From the IMG/VR virus record IMGVR_UViG_3300037311_000355: a DNA stretch of 64,000 bases; one strand, 5' to 3'. A program made the position numbers and the translations under genes. Position 1 is the stretch's first letter. Every line of letters begins with the position of its first letter. The notes below the pieces were generated by a model that was not told where the DNA came from, searched no databases, and worked only from the letters and a program-made list of their open reading frames with translations. Below, one piece after another: positions 27,675-35,597 of this stretch. Source of the DNA: a virus.

Positions 27675-28309
27675 ACATCTGGCACTTTGACAGCAGTGGA
27701 AACCGGGTTGCAGGGCCCCATCAGCGCATCACCGGCGACGTGTCTGGCCTCCGCGGCAACGTGTCTGGCCTCCGCGGCGACGTGTCGGGCCTCAGTGGCG
27801 ACGTGTCTGGGCTCCGCGGCAACGTGTCTGGCCTCCGCGGCGACGTGTCGGGCCTCAGTGGCGACGTGTCTGGGCTCCGCGGCAACGTGTCCTACCTCTG
27901 GGGCGACGCGTCTGCGATCAGCGGCGACGCGTCTGCGATCAGCGGAGACACATCTGGGATCTGGGGCGACGTGTCCGGGCTCTGGGGCCGCGTTTCCAGG
28001 CTCCGCGGCGACCTGTCTGGGATCCGCGGCGACGCTTCTAATATCTGGGGCGACGTGTCTGAGATCTGGGGCGACGTGACTGGGATCTGGGGCGACGTGT
28101 CTGGGATCCGCGGCGACGCTTCTAATATCTGGGGCGACGTGTCTGAGATCCGCGGCGACGTGTCTGGTCTGCGGGGCGACGTCTCTGGCATCCGGGGCGA
28201 CGTATCCGACATCCACGGCGACGCGTCGGGACTGTTTTTGGACTGCACAGGGCTTCTCGGTGCCATCGACGAGTCGGTAAACATAGGGGATACCAAATAT
28301 GAGCGATGA
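27671..28309 (+). CDS. GDVSG-heptad repeat protein A (24 heptads + LDCT cap)
   Basis: N-terminus IWHFDSSGNRVAGPH; 21-bp repeats at 27734-28237; start revised to the GTG at 27671. Confidence 0.8.
   Translation: MNIWHFDSSGNRVAGPHQRITGDVSGLRGNVSGLRGDVSGLSGDVSGLRGNVSGLRGDVSGLSGDVSGLRGNVSYLWGDASAISGDASAISGDTSGIWGDVSGLWGRVSRLRGDLSGIRGDASNIWGDVSEIWGDVTGIWGDVSGIRGDASNIWGDVSEIRGDVSGLRGDVSGIRGDVSDIHGDASGLFLDCTGLLGAIDESVNIGDTKYER
27734..28237 (+). repeat. 24 x 21-bp coding tandem repeat (consensus GGC GAC GTG TCT GGG CTC/ATC CGC/TGG) with 63-bp and 84-bp higher-order periods
   Basis: Counted from the translation and the DNA. Confidence 0.95.
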
Positions 28310-29381
28310 AAACCTGCCGTGTTTGTATAAGCGATCAAAAACCGGCGCCACGCTATTCTGGCGAGTGCACGTGGAGGCCGAACCCAGACACGCCGTGGTT
28401 ACCGAGTACGGCGTCGTGGGCGGCGCCACGCAGGTCGCCAGGGTCGAAGTCGGCGGCAAAAACAAAGGCAGGAAGTCGGAGACCACAGACGCCGAACAGG
28501 CGGTAAAAGAGGCGCGGCAACTGTGGCGGAAACGCGTGGAACGCCAGGGCTACAGCACCGACGCCGAGGCCAAACCGAGGTTTTCACCGATGCTAGCCCA
28601 GGTTTACCGCGCCGCCGCCACGCAATGGCCGCAATACGTGCAGCCCAAACTAGACGGCCACCGCGCCACCTATGACGGCGGCCTGTGGTCGCGGACCGGG
28701 GTCCGGATTGCCGGGCTCGGGGACCTGGAAACCGAAATCCAGGCCCTGCTTGGCGAGAAGTCTTTGGTGCTAGACGGCGAACTCTACAACCACGACATGA
28801 GGGCCGATTTCGAGGCCCTGACGTCGGCGATTAGGGGTTCCGCCGAAGACCGCGGCCAGGGGGCAGTGGAGTACCACGTCTACGACTGCTACGTGCCCGG
28901 ACTCGATTTCGAAGCTCGGATGAAGGTTTTAGACCAGGTCTTCGGCGGCCTGAGTCGCCGGGGTCGCGTGGTAAGGGTGGAAACCGTAGCTGCGGCGTCG
29001 GAGGCCGAGATGTGGGACCGGTTTCGCGACTTCCGCGACAGCGGCTACGAGGGCGCCATGCTTAGGGCTCCCCGGGGCCTCTACGTCTGCCAGAGAAGCC
29101 GGGACCTACAAAAGGTAAAGGAATTCCAAGATGCGGAATTTGAAGTCGTGGCTGTAAAAGAAGGCCGTGGCCGCGCCAAGGGGTCCGCGATTCTAACATG
29201 TGTGACCGCCGACGGTCTTAGGTTCGACTGTGTGCTAAAAGCAGATTTGGAAACCCGGCGCCAGGTCTTCCGCGACCGCGAGTCCTACGTGGGGGCGCGG
29301 CTAACGGTGGGGTTTCAAAAGCTGAGCAAAAGAGGGGTGCCCGTGTTTCCCGTAGGACTTAGGTTTAGAAAAGACCTGTGA
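28299..29381 (+). CDS. ATP-dependent DNA ligase with N-terminal WGR-like domain
   Basis: Motif I YVQPKLDGHRA, LDGELY, YHVYD, EGAMLR, LQKVKEF, and an OB domain ending GVPVFPVGLRFR. Confidence 0.92.
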   Translation: MSDENLPCLYKRSKTGATLFWRVHVEAEPRHAVVTEYGVVGGATQVARVEVGGKNKGRKSETTDAEQAVKEARQLWRKRVERQGYSTDAEAKPRFSPMLAQVYRAAATQWPQYVQPKLDGHRATYDGGLWSRTGVRIAGLGDLETEIQALLGEKSLVLDGELYNHDMRADFEALTSAIRGSAEDRGQGAVEYHVYDCYVPGLDFEARMKVLDQVFGGLSRRGRVVRVETVAAASEAEMWDRFRDFRDSGYEGAMLRAPRGLYVCQRSRDLQKVKEFQDAEFEVVAVKEGRGRAKGSAILTCVTADGLRFDCVLKADLETRRQVFRDRESYVGARLTVGFQKLSKRGVPVFPVGLRFRKDL

Positions 29382-29405
29382 TTTCAGGTATTTTGTAACC
29401 CGGTC

Positions 29406-29434
29406 TTGCCTGGGAACCGTTTTTGTGCTAGAAT
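29406..29434 (+). promoter_or_regulatory. sigma70-type promoter, leaderless geometry (TTGCCT-17-TAGAAT-6-ATG)
   Basis: Read directly; also TG extended -10. Confidence 0.65.
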
Positions 29435-29440
29435 TAAACC

Positions 29441-29761
29441 ATGACAGCAGATAAATGTGAGATCTATCACTTCGACGACAGCGGAAACCAGATCTGGGGA
29501 CCCAATAAGGACCTCCGCGGCGACGTGTCTGGTCTGCGGGGCGACGTCTCTGGCATCTATGGTGACGTGACTGGGATCTGGGGCGACGCGTCTGGGATCT
29601 GGGGTGACGTGTCTGGCATCTGGGGTGACGTGTCAGGCCTCCGGGGCAACGTGTCTAGTATCTACGGCGACGTGTCTGGGATCCGCGGCGACGTATCCTA
29701 CATACAAGGAGACGTGACTGGGCTATTTTTGGACTGCACGGCAATCAGAGGTAAAATATGA
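29441..29761 (+). CDS. GDVSG-heptad repeat protein B (10 heptads + LDCT cap)
   Basis: IYHFDDSGNQIWGPNKDLR N-terminus; repeats at 29519-29728. Confidence 0.8.
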   Translation: MTADKCEIYHFDDSGNQIWGPNKDLRGDVSGLRGDVSGIYGDVTGIWGDASGIWGDVSGIWGDVSGLRGNVSSIYGDVSGIRGDVSYIQGDVTGLFLDCTAIRGKI

Positions 29762-29961
29762 GGCCAATAAAGCAATCGATAAAAATTCCGCACCCCTGGT
29801 GGCACATCGTTTTCACTTTTTCTTTAGGCAAATACGTGGTTTATGCGATGCGGGGAAGCGTGGAGCGCAAGTGGTGTCCGATTTGCGGAATCGAATATAG
29901 GATCAAGCGCCCGGGGATCAGGGATAAAGTCGTTTACGTCGGCGATAGAAGCCCGGGCTAG
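29758..29961 (+). CDS. small zinc-ribbon hypothetical protein
   Basis: CPIC motif; GAGG SD; ATGA overlap. Confidence 0.55.
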   Translation: MRPIKQSIKIPHPWWHIVFTFSLGKYVVYAMRGSVERKWCPICGIEYRIKRPGIRDKVVYVGDRSPG

Positions 29962-30004
29962 GCGTTTATAAATTAACTGTTTTTTGCAACTAAAATGAGG
30001 TCCT

Positions 30005-30184
30005 ATGTGGGATTCCGACGAAAACCGAGACCGCGAGTGCCGGAAATGCGGTAACTGGGACCGCAACTGGCGGGACACCACGGAGTGCAGGTGCGAGGCG
30101 AAACCGAAGTCGAAACCGAAGCCCGTGGATGACAGACCCGAAGACGCTTGGGAGCACTGGCGACGGGGCTGGGGCGAGTGGTGA
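30005..30184 (+). CDS. 59-aa Cys/Trp-rich protein (MWDSDENRDRECRKCGNWDRNWRDTTECRCE...)
   Basis: Manual translation; GAGG SD at 29997-30000; CxxC and CxC motifs. Confidence 0.6.
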   Translation: MWDSDENRDRECRKCGNWDRNWRDTTECRCEAKPKSKPKPVDDRPEDAWEHWRRGWGEW

Positions 30185-30252
30185 TTGCCGGACATCGGGG
30201 CCGCCTGCGCGCGCAGACATTGGATTCCAGGCCTTCGCGGGAAAGCCGACCT
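30020..30252 (+). repeat. donor copy of a dispersed direct repeat (30020-30097 + 30179-30252) re-found at 30484-30637
   Basis: A 78-bp exact match and a 74-bp match with one extra CG, joined at a GCGAG microhomology. Confidence 0.95.
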
Positions 30253-30388
30253 ATTGCTAAGTCATTGATGTCATTACTAAATATTACCGCCGGGATTCAG
30301 TCGCAGATAAGACGTTGAAACCATTGCGGTTTTGCCAATACATAGGCGGCCTCGGCGACGGTTTACCGTTACCTGTTTTTGTCATGAG

Positions 30389-30417
30389 TTGACAACGGGC
30401 TTCGGTTTTGCTATCGT
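30389..30417 (+). promoter_or_regulatory. sigma70-type promoter, leaderless geometry (TTGACA-17-TATCGT-6-ATG)
   Basis: Read directly. Confidence 0.65.
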
Positions 30418-30423
30418 AGATAT

Positions 30424-30803
30424 ATGGCAAACGATAAAATCTATCACTTCGACAAAAACGGAAACCGGGTCCGGGGACCGCATGAAAACCGAGACCGCGA
30501 GTGCCGGAAATGCGGTAACTGGGACCGCAACTGGCGGGACACCACGGAGTGCAGGTGCGAGTGGTGATTGCCGGACATCGGGGCCGCCTGCGCGCGCGCA
30601 GACATTGGATTCCAGGCCTTCGCGGGAAAGCCGACCTCCACGGCGACGTGTCTGGGATGCAAAGCAAGGCGTCCGACCTCCGAGGGAGGGCGTCGGGGAT
30701 ATGGGGTTTGGTGTCTAAAATAAGAAAGAAACTTTTTGATTTTGGCAAAACTCTGAGATCTAAAATAACAAAGAAAGTCAGCGGCGGGAAAAACAAATCC
30801 TGA
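30424..30803 (+). pseudogene. GDVSG-heptad family member C, interrupted by an insertion of about 150 bp
   Basis: Family N-terminus MANDKIYHFDKNGNRVRGPH; duplicated segment with an in-frame stop at 30565-30567; then DLHGDVSGM... plus a basic tail in another frame. Confidence 0.8.
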
Positions 30804-30843
30804 CGTCAGCGCTGGTACAAGCACCTAAGACGCCGGGTACCAA

Positions 30844-30890
30844 ATAAGTTATGAAATCGGCGCCGCCGGACTTATAACTGATCTTTTTTC
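30844..30890. terminator. possible terminator/hairpin between convergent genes
   Basis: ATAAGT...ACTTAT arms around a CGGC/GCCG stem, followed by a T-run. Confidence 0.3.
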
Positions 30891-30915
30891 CGAAACCGGG
30901 CCCTATGACAGGGCT

Positions 30916-31239
30916 CTAGCTCTGGCCTACCGTTGGCAGCTCTTGCGCCCATCGCTGGAAGCCCAAGTGAGCCGCGGAGCCCGGCTCCAGGTAGGCCAAC
31001 GCGGTTTTATAGGCGCGGAAACCAGCGACTCCGTGTTTGCCGGCGTGGGCGCGCATCTTGGCCAAGCTGTGAACTTCCAAAACCGCGCCGCAGGTCTCGC
31101 ATCTGACGTGGGTCGCCCATCCGCGTTTCCGAGACCAGCCCTTGACGTAGGCGTCGCCGGGACTGGGCTGGGCGGCTGGAGTAAAGCCCAGAGCCCTGAC
31201 GGCGGCGAGATGGAATTCCGGATGCCTGTGGGCGGTCAT
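30916..31239 (-). CDS. hypothetical protein with C2H2-like Zn finger (CETC...H...H)
   Basis: Start revised to the ATG at 31239, overlapping the stop of gene D. Confidence 0.6.
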   Translation of the reverse strand: MTAHRHPEFHLAAVRALGFTPAAQPSPGDAYVKGWSRKRGWATHVRCETCGAVLEVHSLAKMRAHAGKHGVAGFRAYKTALAYLEPGSAAHLGFQRWAQELPTVGQS

Positions 31240-31601
31240 CGCTGGTCTCGGCGGGGTTTTTTGAGCCCAAGGGGCTCGGTTTCTAGGTCGGCAACAACTG
31301 CGGTGCAATCCGCGAACAACCCAGACACGTCGCCGCGGAGCCCAGACACGTCGCCGCGAAGCCCGGATACGTTGCCGTAGATTCCAGACACACTTCCGCG
31401 GAGCCCAGACACGTCGCCGCGAAGCCCGGATACGTTGCCGTAGATTCCAGACACACTTCCGCGGAGCCCTGACACGTCGCCCCAGATATTAGAAGCGTCG
31501 CCCCAAAGCCCAGAAGCGTCGCCGCAGATGTCTTTGTGCGGTTCCCAAATTTGATCTCCGTCGCGGTCTAAGTAATACAAAAAAATCTGCTTTGTTTTCA
31601 T
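31236..31601 (-). CDS. GDVSG-heptad repeat protein D (10 heptads + ADCT cap), inverted orientation
   Basis: IFLYYLDRDGDQIWEPHKDIC N-terminus; repeats at 31314-31523, with a 63-bp unit duplicated. Confidence 0.8.
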   Translation of the reverse strand: MKTKQIFLYYLDRDGDQIWEPHKDICGDASGLWGDASNIWGDVSGLRGSVSGIYGNVSGLRGDVSGLRGSVSGIYGNVSGLRGDVSGLRGDVSGLFADCTAVVADLETEPLGLKKPRRDQR

Positions 31602-31623
31602 GTCAGATATTCTATTACAGCGT

Positions 31624-32316
31624 TCATCCTAAGGTGTCGATGGCCAAACGGGCCGCGTTTTGTTCAGCTTCTTTCTTGGAAGAGCCTTTGGCCGTGGCCA
31701 GAGGGCGGCCGCTCATCCGCACCTCGACTTCGAAGACTTTGGCATGGTCGGGGCCTTGGGTGCCGAGCAAATGGTAAGAGGGAGTGGTCCGCCACTTGGC
31801 TTGGCTGATCTCCTGGAGCTGGGTCTTGTGGTCGTAAAAGGCCATGAGCTCACGCTCTTCGGAAAAGAGCGGCTCAAAGAGCTGGCGCACCACCGGATAG
31901 ACCGCGCCGAAGCCGCCATCCAGGTAAATCGCCGCAATCAAGGCTTCAAACGTACTGGAGAGAATGGAGGGCTTGAGCGCCCCTCCGGTCGCGGCCTCGC
32001 CCTTTCCGAGGCGGATAAACTCCTGGAGCCGGAGCGAACGCGCCACCTCGGCCAAAGTTTTTTCATTCACCACCGCGGCCCGCATCTTGGAAAGCTGCCC
32101 CTCACGGGAATTGGGGAAAGACTCGAGGAGGATATCCGAAATCACCACGTCCAGGACGGCGTCGCCCAGGAACTCCAACCGCTCGTTGTCCCGGAGACCC
32201 ACCGGAACCTTCGAAAGGTGCTCGTGCCCGAAGGAGGTATGAGTCAACGACTGCAGCAGGATCGAAGAATCCCCAAAGGTGTAGCCCAGCCGTTCTTGAA
32301 GGCGTTCGAGAGTCAT
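31624..32316 (-). CDS. rnc: ribonuclease III (catalytic domain + dsRNA-binding domain)
   Basis: ALTH-like SLTHTS, signature NERLEFLGDAVL, FEALIAAIYLDGG, and dsRBD DHKTQLQE...GPDHAKVFEVEV...GSSKKEAEQNAA. Confidence 0.97.
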   Translation of the reverse strand: MTLERLQERLGYTFGDSSILLQSLTHTSFGHEHLSKVPVGLRDNERLEFLGDAVLDVVISDILLESFPNSREGQLSKMRAAVVNEKTLAEVARSLRLQEFIRLGKGEAATGGALKPSILSSTFEALIAAIYLDGGFGAVYPVVRQLFEPLFSEERELMAFYDHKTQLQEISQAKWRTTPSYHLLGTQGPDHAKVFEVEVRMSGRPLATAKGSSKKEAEQNAARLAIDTLG

Positions 32317-32534
32317 GACTGCTGGCCTTCTTTGTTGTCTGTGATGCGAATCTTAGCAATCCTGCCGTAGTTTTTCTTTTCCACAACCATGGCGTGTCCG
32401 TGGGCCACCATTATTTCCGCGGCACGGTGCTGGAGCCGGTTCTCTACTTTTGCCCAGCCGTTTAGACTGGCGTCAAAAAACCAGGCTTCCAGGGCTCGGA
32501 TGTCTGCTTTTCTGCCGTAAATGGTTGTCTTCAT
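32313..32534 (-). CDS. hypothetical protein, 73 aa
   Basis: Leaderless-type promoter upstream; ATGA overlap with rnc. Confidence 0.65.
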   Translation of the reverse strand: MKTTIYGRKADIRALEAWFFDASLNGWAKVENRLQHRAAEIMVAHGHAMVVEKKNYGRIAKIRITDNKEGQQS

Positions 32535-32540
32535 AACACC

Positions 32541-32569
32541 AGACTATCATATGCCGGCGTGTTTTGCAA
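32541..32569 (-). promoter_or_regulatory. sigma70-type promoter, leaderless geometry (TTGCAA-17-TAGTCT-6-ATG)
   Basis: Read directly. Confidence 0.6.
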
Positions 32570-32647
32570 CCGGCGTCGCTAAAACCCCAGACCCGGCTTC
32601 CCGCGTTTCTTTACATGTCTTATAAGCGCGACGAGTGCAATTAAGCC

Positions 32648-32677
32648 TTGACTTAGGCGTTGATTTCCGGCTATGGT
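32648..32677 (+). promoter_or_regulatory. sigma70-type promoter, leaderless geometry (TTGACT-18-TATGGT-6-ATG)
   Basis: Read directly. Confidence 0.55.
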
Positions 32678-32683
32678 TTGGTT

Positions 32684-33049
32684 ATGGCAAAGCATAAAAT
32701 CTGGCATTTCGACGGCAACGGCAAAAGGATTTGGGGGCAGCATGAAAAAATCCGCGGCGACGTGTCCGGGATCTGGGGCGACGTGTCCGGGCTCCGCGGC
32801 TACGTGTCCGAACTCGGCGGCGACGTGTCTGGGCTCAGCGGCGACGTGTCGGGTCTCAAGGGAGGCGTGTCGGGTCTCAAGGGAGGCGTGTCTGGGTTTA
32901 GCGGTAACATGTCTGGAATCCGTGGCAATGTGTCTGGTATCAAGAGCAAAACCTGTGTTCATTGCAACGGAAAATTACCTAAAATTAAGACTAAAAACCT
33001 CACAAATAAAACCACATCTAAGTCTGGACGCAGGAGGCGCGTGAAATGA
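32684..33049 (+). CDS. GDVSG-heptad repeat protein E (9 heptads + CxxC + basic tail)
   Basis: MAKHKIWHFDGNGKRIWGQHEKIR; repeats at 32756-32944; start revised to 32684. Confidence 0.8.
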   Translation: MAKHKIWHFDGNGKRIWGQHEKIRGDVSGIWGDVSGLRGYVSELGGDVSGLSGDVSGLKGGVSGLKGGVSGFSGNMSGIRGNVSGIKSKTCVHCNGKLPKIKTKNLTNKTTSKSGRRRRVK

Positions 33050-33468
33050 AAGCTTTGATAGGCGAAGACATCAGGACCATAGATGTTAAAAACGACGACT
33101 ACTACACCTGGGTACACATAGGCGCCGGGGATATGACGGAATACGACGCCGAAAGACTGGCCCGTATCAGAGAGCTTGAGGTCAAATACGAGCGCGAGTG
33201 GTCGAAAATAACCGACGAAGGCAAACCCTTGGTACTTTACGTGTTGGCCGGCCACCTCGTGGCGGCAAATTTCGAGGAATTCGCGGAAATTTACCTAAAA
33301 AAAGCCGAAACCGAGCACCCGACTTACCTGCGCTCGCAGGTTTTCGAGCACCTGAAACAGTTTTCCAACTATCCCCGGCTTTGGCGTGCGATTGTAAAAA
33401 GATTTGACACCAGATATTCTGAAATCGCGTTCGCCTTGACAACTATGGAAACCGGAGACGAGGAGTAG
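33046..33468 (+). CDS. hypothetical protein, 140 aa
   Basis: AGGAGG SD; ATGA overlap. Confidence 0.7.
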   Translation: MKALIGEDIRTIDVKNDDYYTWVHIGAGDMTEYDAERLARIRELEVKYEREWSKITDEGKPLVLYVLAGHLVAANFEEFAEIYLKKAETEHPTYLRSQVFEHLKQFSNYPRLWRAIVKRFDTRYSEIAFALTTMETGDEE

Positions 33469-33495
33469 CGGCACCGAGGTGTTGAGAGGAAAACT

Positions 33496-33693
33496 ATGAA
33501 AAACAAAAAAATCTGGCACTACGACGTCGACGGCAAAAAGGTATGGGGACCCAACAAAGACCTCTGGGGCGACGTGTCTGGCCTCCGCGGCGACGTGTCT
33601 AGGATATTCAGCGACACCTCTGGGCCTCTAAAGCGTAAAAATAAGACCGCGGGCGTCAAAACAAAACCAAAACGCAAGCAAAAGAAAAACTAG
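33496..33693 (+). CDS. GDVSG-heptad repeat protein F (2-3 heptads + basic tail)
   Basis: MKNKKIWHYDVDGKKVWGPNKDLWGDVSGLRGDVS; GAGGA SD. Confidence 0.75.
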   Translation: MKNKKIWHYDVDGKKVWGPNKDLWGDVSGLRGDVSRIFSDTSGPLKRKNKTAGVKTKPKRKQKKN

Positions 33694-33719
33694 ACTGTTT
33701 TTTTGGAGTCTGCTATCCT
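33691..33719 (+). promoter_or_regulatory. sigma70-type promoter with leader (TAGACT-17-TATCCT, TG extended -10)
   Basis: Followed by an AGGAG SD and the ATG at 33739. Confidence 0.5.
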
Positions 33720-33738
33720 GCCTATAGGAGATCTTGAT

Positions 33739-34698
33739 ATGGCACACGAAATCGAATCCATGATGTTTGTAGGCGAAACCCCTTGGCATAGGCTTGGCAC
33801 GCGATTTATACAGCCACCGGGTGTCGAAGAGGCCATTGTTGCCGCGGGTTTGAATTGGAATGTAAAAACCGAACCCGTGTTCACCGCTGGTATGGAGGCC
33901 GTAGAAGCCAGGGTCACAAGACGGGATTCTGACAATAAAATTCTAGGCGTCGTTGGCAAAAACTACGAGCCCCTGCAAAACACACAGGCTTTTGACTTTT
34001 TTCAGCCTTTTCTGGATTCCAAACTAGCCGCTATTGAAACCGCGGGCAGTCTTAGGGGTGGCAAGCGAGTGTTTGTGTTGGCAAAAATTAACCGCGACCC
34101 GAGTGTAATTGTGGCCGAAGACATCGTGGAAAAATACGTGCTGCTTTCCAACAGCCACGACGGGTCTACGGCAGTTCGTGTCGGTTTTACTCCGATTCGC
34201 GTTGTGTGCCAAAACACGCTTGCAATGGCCCACGGCAACGAAAGCAGTGCTTTGATTAGGGTCCGACACACATCTAAGGTAAGAGCAAATGTGGAGGCCG
34301 TCAGAGAGATCATGGACGTCGCCAATAGTCGCTTTGAGGCCACGGCAGCACAGTACCGGTTTTTGGCGTCTCGGGAAATCAACGCCGCCGATTTAGAAAA
34401 GTACGTAAAAATTGTTTTCGGCAAAGAAAAGCTTGACGCTGTGGCAAAAAATCTTGGCGTCGTTGACGTATCTGGAAAGCGCCTGATGGCCGAAATCGTG
34501 CCGCTTTTTGAATCCGGCAGAGGAAACAGCCAAAACAAAGTGCGCGGTACGTATTGGGCCGCATATAATGCGGTAACCGAATACCTGCAATACTATCGCG
34601 GTTCCAGCGAAGACCTTAGACTCGACAGTCTTTGGTTTGGCCAGGCCGGTGCGGTAAACAAAAAAGCGCTTGAAGTCGCAATGAGAGTTGCGGCCTAA
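33739..34698 (+). CDS. DUF932 family phage/plasmid protein
   Basis: MAHEIESM.FVGETPWH.LG, YEPLQN..AFDFF, ETAGSLRGGKRVF, LLSNSHDGS..VRVGFTPIRVVCQNTL. Confidence 0.88.
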   Translation: MAHEIESMMFVGETPWHRLGTRFIQPPGVEEAIVAAGLNWNVKTEPVFTAGMEAVEARVTRRDSDNKILGVVGKNYEPLQNTQAFDFFQPFLDSKLAAIETAGSLRGGKRVFVLAKINRDPSVIVAEDIVEKYVLLSNSHDGSTAVRVGFTPIRVVCQNTLAMAHGNESSALIRVRHTSKVRANVEAVREIMDVANSRFEATAAQYRFLASREINAADLEKYVKIVFGKEKLDAVAKNLGVVDVSGKRLMAEIVPLFESGRGNSQNKVRGTYWAAYNAVTEYLQYYRGSSEDLRLDSLWFGQAGAVNKKALEVAMRVAA

Positions 34699-34703
34699 TC
34701 GTA

Positions 34704-35570
34704 TTAGCTAATGGCTATTACCGAAGACAGCAGAACCGCGACTTCTTCGCCGGCACCAGATGTCTGGTTTAAGGGGTAGCCCAAAATGGTTCCTGAAGAG
34801 CTTTGCTGAACCCTACCATCGGCGGCTCCGCGTACCTGATTGGGAGGCGGACTAATGTTGAAATCAGAGGGCGTAATAATTCCCGCGGATTGAAAAATTT
34901 GAATTCTTGCCGTGGAAATTAAAACCTGACCGGATTCCAATCCTTCAATTCGTCCCACAGGGAGATCAAAAGGACCGCCTGGTATGGGGTCCTGGCCGCC
35001 GCTTGTCGCCGCCAAATCATAGGTAGCTGGCACGGGCTGACCAAGTCCAAAATTGGTGATGTCGCCGGATGCGACCGGCGAAACCGTTATCACGTTTGCA
35101 AACACCGAAACCGCAAGCAGGCCAGCCCCCAGTTGGGCGTCAAATTCGGCCTGCAAAGCCGCGCCGGCGTTTTGGGCCTCCTCTTCGGCGTCTGAGCCCG
35201 GAGTCCAGTCAACGCCGCTTTCTAGCTCTACCGAACCGTACCTGGTATCGGAAAACCCTAAAAGCTCGCCCGGGTTGGACGGAGCGTTTACAGTAAATTG
35301 AATCTCGTAGGGCTCTCCCGGGTCGGCGTCGCGTTCCTGGTATACGAAAACACCGGCGCCTTCCGAAGGCCTTAACATGGCAAGCTTCCCTACGTCGGCT
35401 TCTGTTACCGGGGTTACGGAATTGTTGTCTAAGACAACGGTTGGCGACAACCCGCCGGGGCCGGGTCCGGGGCTTCCTTGGTTGGTTGCAATTGCCGATT
35501 CCAGCTCATCGGCCGCGGATTGGCTAGTTAACGCGTGTGCGAGCCTTTGTTTAGTGTCTTGTGATAGCAT
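34704..35570 (-). CDS. orphan virion decoration/fibre-like protein
   Basis: N-terminus MLSQDTKQRLAHALTSQSAADELE matches 47303..47986; CAATCTTT motif at 35598-35605. Confidence 0.65.
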   Translation of the reverse strand: MLSQDTKQRLAHALTSQSAADELESAIATNQGSPGPGPGGLSPTVVLDNNSVTPVTEADVGKLAMLRPSEGAGVFVYQERDADPGEPYEIQFTVNAPSNPGELLGFSDTRYGSVELESGVDWTPGSDAEEEAQNAGAALQAEFDAQLGAGLLAVSVFANVITVSPVASGDITNFGLGQPVPATYDLAATSGGQDPIPGGPFDLPVGRIEGLESGQVLISTARIQIFQSAGIITPSDFNISPPPNQVRGAADGRVQQSSSGTILGYPLNQTSGAGEEVAVLLSSVIAIS

Positions 35571-35597
35571 GGTATTATCCTAGTAGGGTTTGTAAAA

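Noticed and set aside
27671-28309. Collagen-like, pentapeptide-repeat or ice-nucleation protein calls for the heptad proteins
   Set aside because: The period is 7 aa, not Gly-X-Y (3), A(D/N)Lxx (5) or the 8/16-aa ice-nucleation unit.
27734-33630. 21-bp repeats as a CRISPR array or mini-array
   Set aside because: The repeats are contiguous without unique spacers, in-frame coding and degenerate at synonymous sites; no cas genes or leader are present.
27671-33693. Diversity-generating retroelement (TR/VR pairs among heptad genes or the 30020/30484 duplication)
   Set aside because: No reverse transcriptase (YxDD) in the window, and differences between copies are not adenine-specific. A DGR elsewhere in the genome cannot be excluded.
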